Below are positions 52,786 to 64,000 of a DNA stretch of 64,000 nucleotides, piece after piece; positions within the stretch are counted from its first letter, which is position 1; each line of letters begins with the position of its first letter. Below the pieces are notes generated by a model. It searched no databases and had not been told where the DNA came from. It saw only the letters and a program-made list of their open reading frames with translations. Origin of the DNA: Pecten maximus. Lineage: Eukaryota. The stretch spans positions 23,994,001 through 24,058,000 of the forward strand of contig NC_047023.1 of the NCBI RefSeq assembly GCF_902652985.1, written 5' to 3'. The position numbers and the translations under genes were made by a program.

Positions 52786-55700
52786 GCCCCGGTTACACTG
52801 TGCCTGTATTGACTACAGTGTATCAAGGATGTACACGTTTCTACATGTATAAACCAGAGTAAACCATACCGTACTCACGGTGTTACTACACGGTACTGGT
52901 ACGGTATGTCACGGTGTTACTACACGGTACTGGTACGGTATGTCACGGTGTTACTACACGGTACTGGTACGGTATGTCACGGTGTTACTACACGGTACTG
53001 GTACGGTATGTCATGGTGTTACTACACGGTACTGGTACGGTATGTCACGGTGTTACTACACGGTACTGGTACGGTATGTCACGGTGTTACTACATGGTAC
53101 TGGTACGGTATGTCACGGTGTTACTACACGGTACCGGTACGGTATGTCACGGTGTAATTACAGGATACTGGTACGGTATGTCACGGTGTTACTACACGGT
53201 ACCGGTACCGGTATGTCACGGTGTTACTACACGGTACTGGTACGGTATGTCACGGTGTTACTACACGGTACCGGTACGGTATGTCACGGTGTTACTACAC
53301 GGTACTGGTACGGTATGTCACGGTGTTACTACACGGTACTGGTACGGTATGTCACGGTGTTACTACATGGTACTGGTACGGTATGTCACGGTGTTACTAC
53401 ACGGTACTGGTACGGTATGTCCCGTACCAGTATGTCACGGTGTTACTACACGGTACTGGTACGGTATGTCACGGTGTTACTACACGGTACTGGTACGGTA
53501 TGTCACGGTGTTACTACACGGTACTGGTACGGTATGTCACGGTGTTACTACACGGTACTGGTACGGTATGTCACGGTGTTACTACACGGTACTGGTACGG
53601 TATGTCACGGTGTTACTACACGGTACTGGTACGGTATGTCACGGTGTTACTACACGGTACTGGTACGGTATGTCACGGTGTTACTACACGGTACCGGTAC
53701 GGTATGTCACGGTGTTACTACACGGTACCTGGTACGGTATGTCACGGTGTTACTACACGGTACTGGTACGGTATGTCACGGTGTTGCTACACGGTACTGG
53801 TACGGTATGTCACGGTGTTACTACACGGTACTGGTACGGTATGTCACGGTGTTACTACACGGTACTGGTACGGTATGTCACGGTGTTACTACACGGTACT
53901 GGTACGGTATGTCACGGTGTTACTACACGGTACTGGTACGGTATGTCACGGTGTTACTACACGGTACTGGTACGGTATGTCACGGTGTTACTACACGGTA
54001 CTGGTACGGTATGTCACGGTGTTACTACACGGTACCTGTACGGTATGTCACGGTGTTACTACACGGTACCTGTACGGTACGTCGCGGTGTTACTACACGG
54101 TACTGGTACGGTATGTCACGGTGTTACTACACGGTACTGGTACGGTATGTCACGGTGTTACTACACGGTACTGTACGGTATGTCACGGTGTTACTACACG
54201 GTACCTGTACGGTATGTCACGGTGTTACTACACGGTACTGGTACGGTATGTCACGGTGTTACTACACGGTACTGGTACGGTATGTCACGGTGTTACTACA
54301 CGGTACTGGTACGGTATGTCACGGTGTTACTACACGGTACTGGTACGGTATGTCACGGTGTTACTACACGGTACTGGTACGGTATGTCACGGTGTTACTA
54401 CACGGTACTGGTACGGTATGTCACGGTGTTACTACACGGTACTGGTACGGTATGTCACGGTGTTACTACACGGTACCTGTACGGTATATCCCGGTGTTAC
54501 TACACGGTACCTGTACGGTATATCCCGGTGTTACTACACGGTACCTGTACGGTATGTCACGGTGTTACTACACGGTACTGGTACGGTATGTCACGGTGTT
54601 ACTACACGGTATATGTACGGTATGTCACGGTGTTACTACACGCTACCGGTACGGTATGTCACGGTGTTACTACACGGTACTGGTACGGTATGTCACGGTG
54701 TTACTACACGGTACTGGTACGGTATGTCACGGTGTTACTACACGGTACTGGTACGGTATGTCACGGTGTTACTACACGGTACTGGTACGGTATGTCACCG
54801 TGTTACTACACGGTACTGGTACGGTATGTCATGGTGTTACTACACGGTACTGGTACGGTATGTCACGGTGTTACTACACGGTACTGGTACGGTATGTCAC
54901 GGTGTTACTACACGGTACTGGTACGGTATGTCACGGTGTTACTACACGGTACTGGTACGGTATGTCACGGTGTTACTACACGGTACCAGTACGGTATGTC
55001 ATGGTGTTACTACACGGTACTGGTACGGTATGTCACGGTGTTACTACACAGTACCGGTACTCTACGTCACGGTGTTACTACACGGTACTGGTACGGTATG
55101 TCACGGTGTTACTACACGGTACCGGTACCGGTATGTCACGTTGTTACTACACGGTACTGGTACGGTATGTCACGGTGTTACTACACGGTACTGGTACGGT
55201 ATGTCACGGTGTTACTACATGTTACTGGTACGGTATGTCACGGTGTTACTACACGGTACTGGTACGGTATGTCACGGTGTTACTACACGGTACTGGTACG
55301 GTATGTCACGGTGTTACTACACGGTACTGGTACGGTATGTCACGGTGTTACTACACGGTACTGGTACGGTATGTCACGGTGTTACTACACGGTACGTGTA
55401 CGGTATGTCACGGTGTTACTACACGGTACCGGTACGGTATGTCACGGTGTAATTACATGATACTGGTACGGTATGTCACGGTGTTATTACACGGTACTGG
55501 TACGGTATGTCACGGTGTTACTACACGGTACTGGTACGGTATGTCACGGTGTTACTGCATGGTACCGGTACGGTATGTCACGGTGTTACTACATGGTACC
55601 GGTACAGTATGTCACGGTGTTACTACACGGTACTGGTACGGTATGTCAAGGTGTTATTTCATGGTTCTGTTGCGGTATGTCAAGGTGACGGCTTATGCCG

Positions 55701-56150
55701 GTAACACTAAATATGACAATATTTACTACGAATCACTACGGATCAGTACGGATGGCCACGGTACGCCCCGATAGCAGTACGGTACCACTACGACGGTTTG
55801 CCTCCACATGCTATGTAAAGTTTGCGTCACCGTAGGTGGCCCTAGAACACTACGATTGTTCCTGGTTGGCCATGTGTGTACAGAAGTCCGACGGTGATCC
55901 TACGGTTCTACTTCTGTGATAGTCTTGCGCTAAAAATCTACGATTCGACTACAGTTTGCCACGGAAGTTGAATGCAGAAATAAACTATCGTAGAGAGCTA
56001 CGGTCCAGCACGGATCACTACGGATCGACCCGGTTTGAGTACGGACTCGCGTTGGATTAGCATGGTTCCCCAGGTTTGCATAACCGTAGATAAATACAAA
56101 AATGTAGCTTACCGTGGCTTTCAACCAGCATAGTGTGATAGTACTGGGGC
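52786..56150. mobile_element. PIF/Harbinger-type non-autonomous element carrying an internal satellite
   Basis: TAA on both sides (52783-52785 and 56151-56153). Termini GCCCCGGTTACACTGTGC and GCATAGTGTGATAGTACTGGGGC form an imperfect TIR with a small insertion. The interior is rich in ACGG subrepeats. Confidence 0.7.
52875..55688. repeat. 34-bp satellite (GTCACGGTGTTACTACACGGTACTGGTACGGTAT)n, ~82 copies
   Basis: Visible tandem units. The unit has no plus-strand stop codon in any frame, which gives the 743-964 aa ORFs. Confidence 0.98.
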
Positions 56151-56877
56151 TAAGTACATGTACATGTATATATGCCGGTTGCCCGTGGCACAATCATACA
56201 TGTATTTTTGGATGACTGGCCAGTCCATAAAATCCTATATTACCGCCAGTGTCATGCAAAACTTGGTACATTATACCGAATCTACTCAACATGACCATAT
56301 AACATACGATAAAAAGTTACTATTAAGTATTCATCATAGTGACTAATTTCTCGTGTGAGAAGTTTTTAAATCTTCTGGAACATATTTTTCCTTCAGGAAT
56401 GACCGAAATATAATACATTTCGTGACGGCATGTTGTATTGTCTGTTCTGTATTCACCGAATGATGATATCAGTTATTGTAATAAGATCGGTTACCTCCAA
56501 GGACGCAAATATGTCGGACGACATTTTGCTCACTGCGATGTGAATGAAGAGCACACAAAGGGAGATTACTCTTTCTGATATTATGATGTCACAATAAATA
56601 GCGTCGGTCTGTTGTCCTTGACTCTGGGCCTACATACAAAAATAGAGGCCGGAGCAACTATTAAAATATCATTGAGACTAAAATAAATGAGGTATGATAT
56701 ATAAGTATGACAACGTATAGGACTATATTTAACACATGTCGCTGTCGTTCATACACAATTTATTTTACGATACATCATTGGTTGAGGGTAAGCGTAAATT
56801 ATGTCCGTTATAACAGCTGACGATTACTACATCAATTTCAGCTGTCGTACATAGCAACCTGACATACTAAGGTATAC

Positions 56878-57232
56878 AAAAATCTTACATGGGTATGTTT
56901 CGTGGATAGGGATATCTCAAGCCGAGTGTAAGAGTTGGGCTAGTGAGCACGATAGTTGTCTAAGGGTTGATATATCACTGTCAAATGTACAGGCCGATAA
57001 TTGATTATTTCTCTCACACACTTAACATTACAACATCGCACTATCATCATTGCCATTGAAATGTGCGTCAAAATTGACGACGATTTCAATTTATGACGTA
57101 GTTACGTTATATAAAAGTGACGACATTTTGCTATTGTGAGTGGCGTCATAGCGAAAGCTGTACTTTCCCCACCCCGGTAAAATCTTTTCTTTTTCCTAAC
57201 AAAACCGGAATTCACCTGTGAGGTATAGGAGA
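56878..57232 (-). mobile_element. Non-autonomous palindrome-ended element, copy 2
   Basis: Collinear with 45718-46160 (ACATGGGT..GTT.CGTGGA.AGGGATATC; TCTCACA; TGAA.TGTGCGTC; GCGTCATA). Confidence 0.75.
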
Positions 57233-58639
57233 ACTCCATATCATTTGATCAATATGTCATGTATGCCCACCATTTTAACGATAGACTGACGGTATTGGAC
57301 CTCACTACTTGGGAGATGCCTGTGTAATCACATCTCATTGAGATGTTTGTACTGACGGTCCGCCGCGAGTTACCAATATAAAGATGGACTCCTAGGCGGA
57401 GCTCGATGGCTGATCCCCCCACCCTGTCCAGTTACAGAATAAACAGTGTTAATCTGATTTGATCTCTATGCCCTGGTCCAGACACATACGTCTGGCCGTT
57501 TAGTAGCTGTTTATTGTATAGATTGAGTGATAGAGTTGGACGTGGCTCGGATCATTGTACCATTCGGCGGCCATTGTGGTCGCTCTGATGGATGAGGCCA
57601 GCACTCGCACTTGACGTTTTTCATTACTAACACCGCCTTACGAGCATATTCCTTCTGTCTCTAATAGCCATAATGATGAATATGATACAACATATACGGT
57701 ACAGCACCCATTCCTGCTCTTATTTATACCTGCAATAGATCGTGGCCGGCGGATGTCTCGGAGAGCAAAGTTACTTGACCTAAATAGATCACTCCTCCTT
57801 CATTTCCCCTTTAACTGTGTGTTATTTTTCCAACAAAGACATCATTATGATGAATATAATACCGACCACACTTCTATTTGTGTCTTGTTAGTGTATTTTT
57901 CTTCTTCAACGAGTCAATATAATGTCTGACCCTGTCCTGAGTTATCTCCCTTCCTTGTGTCTGTGCTGTTATAACACAGTCAACAGCAATGTGTAGAAAC
58001 CATTGGAAATAAATGAAGCGGGCATTGATTACTTTTCATGAATTAACACAGATTCCATTAATAAGAAAGTAACTCCTAAATGATCTCGCCCAATTTGAAC
58101 AAAAAGAACAAAAACAGATAAAAAAAAATCACCGGTGTAGGTGATGCCGCGGACAAAATCGTAAGACCTTATGGGACAATCGCGTGATGCTATCCTTATA
58201 GAGAAGACTTTGTCGGCTCGTTCTGATAATGTTTGTATTTCATCTGATAATATATAACAAAACATTGAATACCGCATAATATATCTGAATCTGAAGTCCC
58301 TTAGCTATATATAGTTTATCAAACAAGTCCTGAATCGTTCAGGCATTAGACGTGGAAGGGTGAATTGTCGCACTGACATAGATAATTTTAACAAAAATGT
58401 GTTTAAAAGCTTTAACAGTAATTATCAGGTTTATTTTAATTAATCTTAGAAAAACTACTTAAAATAAACATTTCTGCACCATCAATTAGGGAAAAAAACA
58501 ACAAAAACTGCAAACTCATCGACATTTTTATTGATAAACTATAGATGCACTGTTTCAATATGTATTAGTGTATATTCCTACCCAACGCCACAGCAGTGCA
58601 TACATACAGCGTAGACAAAAGCATCCGTTACGTTCATTT

Positions 58640-59120
58640 TATTTTAGTTTAGTTTAATGACCTATCAGCAGCTGTGATTATTTAAGGACACCCTTCCTGT
58701 GCGCGAGATGCATGCGTGGTGTGTGTGCTTTGGTAGACTGTCGGACAGTTTGTTTGTCTCCTTGTTATAGCATGGAACCGATACCGACTTTATAGTGCTG
58801 CCTCACTGAAGCATGCTGCCGAACCTTCCAGCAGGACACCACACCCGGTCACATTATACTGACAAAGGGCAAACTAATCGACCCACTCCAATCAGACTGA
58901 GCGCTACGAAGGAGTAGCAACTACCATTTTAATAGACTCTGCTATGGCTTCCTCACAAGGGTGAACGCTCAGCTAAAGGCCAAATGTAAGGCAGTGTTAA
59001 TGGATACATTAAGAAGACGAAAAAAGTAGAATTTGAATTTCCCAAGTTAAGGTAATTGTTACAAAAAAAGTCGCCTCTAACGAATCATGCAATTAGGCAG
59101 CAGGTACAATTCTTACGCTA
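58640..59120 (-). mobile_element. Degenerate Meta-domain-like SINE
   Basis: Minus strand contains GTCAGTATAATGTGACCGGGTGTGGTGTCC...GCTTCAGTGAGGCAGCACTATAAAG, which I recall as Meta-domain-like (not searched). It ends GTCCTTAAATAATCACAGCTGCTGATAGGTCATTAAACTAAACTAAA, similar to the V-SINE tail. The 5' boundary is uncertain. Confidence 0.65.
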
Positions 59121-62100
59121 TACACACAGGATATGTAAGTCTAGAAGTTCATATAGGAATAAACAAGTGCTTTACATGTTACACATTAGATATTTGTATG
59201 GCCGCATCACCGAATCATGAGTTCAACAAACAACAAAAAATACCGACACGATAAGCAAGTCATCATTCAAAATCAAAATCGTTTAACAGATCAATATATA
59301 AATAAACATACATATTGGCATGGAGACTCCCAAAACAGTGCAAGGAGAATCTGACCGGGAGATCCACAAGAGTAAGCATCTTCTGCTTCATCGACGATAT
59401 TCGCAGGTCACATCCGGGTCACATCATCATCTCAAATGAGAGTTGCGTGGTGACAACGGATTCACTAGGCGTATCAATAAGCATAACATACTTATGACTT
59501 AATGTGTTTCAAGGGTAAAGAACAAAATAAGAAAAGGTAGGAAAATTGCATTAAAAACATTTTTTTGGATGAATGGTCATTAATACGTGGAATTCTGGTA
59601 TATTCTGAGACCGGACTATCAGTCATAATACATTGCACGTCTCACACAGTGTAACGACAAACGCCTAGTTCTCTTTTTCAATTTTACTTACTGATAAATG
59701 CATGTGTATGTCTATAAATAAATGACACTGTAGCCATATAATCCGCAGTCTTGTATGGGTGTGTTTGAACTATAATCATTGCTTAAAGAAATCCTTTCTT
59801 TAACTGGACCATATCATGATCTTTCTCTGTATCACCTGTAACAGTAACTTTTCCATCGGGACGATCGTATCCCTAAGTGTGCTCTCTTTCCCGTCCTACA
59901 TAGTTTAATGTATGGGAACTTGAATGGGAGATAATCATGTTCTGTACAAACCAAAGAAAGCGCTAACACGCTAGAACGATCTTATCAAATTACATTTCAA
60001 GCACAGCATGTTAGTCCTCAGGGAACGTTCTGGAAGGAAAAGCTGTGAAACATGCCGAGTCGAATTGAGCTTCCATCAGTTTCGATAACAGTAGTTAACT
60101 TGTTTTTATCAATGGTGATAATACAAGCATAACGGTCAATTTTCAAAACTAAGTCTATTTTTCTGTAGCTCTAACTTCACACGACGATATTTATCCAATA
60201 TCAACTACCTTTCAATGAACGGTGAGAAAGTCGAACGTTTAATAGCCTTTTTGAGTTCTAGAGAACAGTAGTACGCCGTATTTAATGCAATATTCCTGGT
60301 ACGAGTCCTGGGGAATTCCCTAAAAGATGTTACCTTTCCATTTAGCTTGTCTGCTCTCCTTTTCAATAATTTTTAAAGTTGTCATGCGAGATTCCAATCG
60401 CTAGGTGTAATCCATCTATATACATGTAGGTCTTTTTACAGCATACGAAACGATACAAGCGCACTACATGTATATTTTTATCCCGACACTACAAATACAC
60501 GGAACTAATTATAATCGTTACAATATTAACAGTTTGATATTCTACTTATGAGGATTTATTATTTCTTAACAAAAATAAAGTGTTGTAACCACAAGTCCTT
60601 TGTACGTAATATACTATAATGTAGAGATGATACATCAGAACAAGTGACATATTTGATTAAGTGATGTTCTATATAGGGAATGACAACGGTGTATCCTGTG
60701 TAAAGACTGCTGGGAACTATTGCAGAGGCAGGAACTGGCAGTTTTGGCTACGGTACATTGTAGTATAGGCGTTAAAACCTCCAGAGGCATGAAAATCCAT
60801 GAATCGCTTTCTTGGAAGTTGATCTGTCAGCATTTCGTGGCAATACACAACAAACATTTAACCATTTATCATTCATGTTCGTTGCTAAAAGGCTTGTTTT
60901 TATCATTTCTGTGGAAGACTGGAACAAGTACGCTGGAAGAACATCTCCGAGAGAACTCAACAACACACGCTTGCAACTCGGTGTTCTGACGATGGATATA
61001 TTGTGCTACACTGTCAATCGTTGTCTCCAAATCTCAAAGGTCTTATCCTTTTCCATTTCAACAATTTTTCTGTAAAACGGAGAACGGATTTTAAAATGTT
61101 TGTAGTGAATTATTCTCTTTTGACATAAAACTGTGTTAGCTCTTTCTCTGAGAGTGTCTACGAAGGCGCCGTAAACATGTTCTAATGCATGCCGCTTTTG
61201 TTCTACTTAACAGACCGATTTATTGATACACTTGAGAAGTAACACTCTTCGACATCATATATACCGATTTAACAGTACAATTACTTTTTATAATCGACAT
61301 GGATGATGGCAGATTTATGACTTTTATGTATGTGCTAGATATACGAAAAAAAATTATCAATGAAGAATATCCTATAGACTAATGCAAGTTGTATCATTTT
61401 AATACACAAGTGAATCTTGAATTAATTAAACACCGGCTGTTTAACGTTCGGACTGAAGCCTGATTTAATGGAACCTAAGCTACCAAGAGTAAGATGATGA
61501 CCACGTATTTCCCTGAAAATCCAGATATCATTTTAACAATCAGAGAGGCCTAAAACACGAACTACTTTTAGGCAGACTTTTTGTTTCTAGCCATCCTCGA
61601 AGTTTCCTGTCTTCTTGGCATATTCTTTAATTGTTTAGAGGACATCTGATTAGATAATTTGAACGTTCTTTTCGAAGCCAGTGGACTATCGCTGTATATA
61701 AGACTCGTTGATTTACTGTTAGGCCACATTTAAATTATGACAAAATTTCTTTTTCGGGAATTACACATTCAGCAGTGCGGTTCCAGGTGTAAGCGACCAT
61801 TTTGGCAAATACCTTTGAATTTATATTTATGGGATAAACCAATATATATATATATTTCGTTTAGCTTATCTTGTAAGTTTTATCACCGCTTGAAATGTAT
61901 GTGCTACATCTTTTGACAATAAACTACACCAGCGAAGCATGGGTAATATAATGGATGATTTTACCAACGCTTTTATAATTCCTCCATTCACTCTATATCA
62001 AGGTATCTCCGCTCTGCTCTACATGCATATAAATGTAGCTGGTTAAAACGATTATATCCCTTGACCTCGCTTAGCTGTGTTTTAGTTCTGTATGTTAGTC

Positions 62101-64000
62101 TGCGAGCTAAAACATCCCTGATCAACCAAAACACACTTACAATCGGATGTTTACTCCGAGCCAATCAGGCTTCGCCACGGGACATATACCTGGTCTTTGG
62201 AACCAGAAACTTGCTATATATCTCGGTCCCATACTTTATACTATATTCTAACGACTCTACCAATAGGTAGCATATAATAATAATATAACCGTAACATAAA
62301 CTGTTATGACCAAGTAATTGATTGAAAGAATATACATTCCTACATATATGTATACTCGCCTGCATTATTTGTGTAGCCGTGTCTGCCTTAGATAAATTAA
62401 ATCTTGCTCCAGTGACTCAATTAAGAATTGAATATTGCTTTTCCAATGTCGATGAAAAGTAAACAAAGCCTACATAGATTAATGATAGCAATCAAATGAA
62501 GAAGGACGAAAGGTCAAAGATGAGAACGTTATTTAAATTTCAAATCATCGCGCCAGCAATGGATTTGGCTTTGGCCATGCTATTTTGAAAGCAAATACGG
62601 AGCCTTCTATCTCTTATAAACAGGAGCCACTTCTATGTGCTCGATACAATTATTTGAACAAAATGAGATATTTATCGTAATTTAGTATCAGTGGTAGATG
62701 GATGTGAAGCAATCATACCAAGACCCTTTACTCGATCGATAGGTTTTATTCCATGAAATAAGCTTTTAACGGGCCTATAAAGTATTATCAGTCCACACAT
62801 AACTACAATCTGAAAATCCCTTGAGAGAATTCCCAAAACCACGTAACAAGACAACTTGTAGGGTAATGAACCCTAGTGTGTGTTTTCATTCCGAACAACC
62901 ACAGGGGAAATGTTCCACAACTACCAAGAACAAATCAAAGTGTTACGCCTGTAGTAGGATCATTTCACTGTAAGCACAATGTTTATAGTCTATTATTTGA
63001 CATTGACATTTAAAATTGAATACTATATCATCATTGACGACCCCTGGCTTCCTACTAAATGATAAACATTAATGACATCACATCTCCTATATTAAGGAAA
63101 TGCATTTAGAAACAAAGAAATTACTGATAATCTCTCATTTTTAGCCTTTTAGCTAAGCTCATGGACATCCTGAAACCAACGCGACAATACACAATTGTTA
63201 CTTCCGTGGGATTCCGCCATTACATACTTTCACGGATATGATGTATTAGTGAAAACAAGATATACTTTAGAAATAAGATTGATAGAAAAAAAAAGTAAAA
63301 CCCCTCTCGTACTTTCGTAAAATGAAACATCATTTTTCGTTAAACTTTTAATAAAACCGTGAATGTTTGAATTATAGAATAAGAACATTTAAAGTATTTC
63401 GAAATCAAAATGTGTTTGTGTGTATGGAAACTTAAATGAAAATCGGATTGTTATTTGGCGCTAACGGAAACATGAAGCGGTCCATCGGTAGACGATACAA
63501 ATATATCCACATTATTATCAATGTACTCGTGTAGCATTCATACAGTTTGACATACACACATCTGCAACCTTCATTAGACATAGTCATTTGCCAATGGGTA
63601 TCAACCATAATTTGGTAATAATTGTTGAAATGCTTGTGACGATGGTTTCAATAGGCAAAATAAATAATTTATTAATAAATCTATATTGCTTTGAATAGCT
63701 AATAAAAGAGCAGTGAATCCATTTCTTACATAACGAATCCGTAAATGAAAGGATATCTTCGAAGGTGCCTATGCTACATGTAAATGTTAAATACTTAAAG
63801 ACTTGAATATAATTACATTATTACATTACTTATATAGCGTTTTACTCCCTACTTAAGCCACAACCGAGAAGCAGACTGTCTAACAAACATTCCTGATTTC
63901 GTGACAGCGTTCCAAGTTAAACGCTTGTAAAGAAATATGTTTATATTTAAATAAATGTATTCAGGATTTATATAAGCAAGCCGAAAAATGTGAGTTAAGG

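Noticed and set aside
52880-55774. ORFs of 964, 848 and 743 aa
   Set aside because: All three frames give the same periodic peptide because the 34-bp unit lacks stops. Frame-shifting indels are tolerated, so this is satellite, not a gene.
62495-62520. GAAGGACGAAA resembling the hammerhead 3' half; also CTGATG in the 23- and 53-bp units
   Set aside because: The partner core motif and helix II are absent.

Overview
This is AT-rich eukaryotic genomic DNA, not prokaryotic. The mix of tRNA-derived SINEs with V-, CORE- and Meta-like central domains, MITEs and many minisatellites points to a mollusc, probably a bivalve (inference). I can support no complete protein-coding gene, and all long ORFs in the track are stop-free reading frames through tandem repeats. 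About 30% of the window is tandem repeat: roughly 11 distinct arrays with 18-53 bp units, the largest a ~7.5 kb 22-bp array. Dispersed elements include several SINE copies from about three families with similar 3' tails, a TA-flanked Tc1/mariner-pogo-type MITE, and a TAA-flanked PIF/Harbinger-type element that has grown a 2.8 kb satellite inside it. Several non-autonomous elements have a long terminal palindrome plus a short subterminal inverted repeat. The most notable signal is three minus-strand minimal hammerhead-ribozyme motifs (48676-48770 and 50991-51037) inside ~200-bp degenerate direct repeats, resembling Penelope-like element or retrozyme ends. The two adjacent motifs carry mutually compensatory helix-III sequences, as expected for a dimeric hammerhead.
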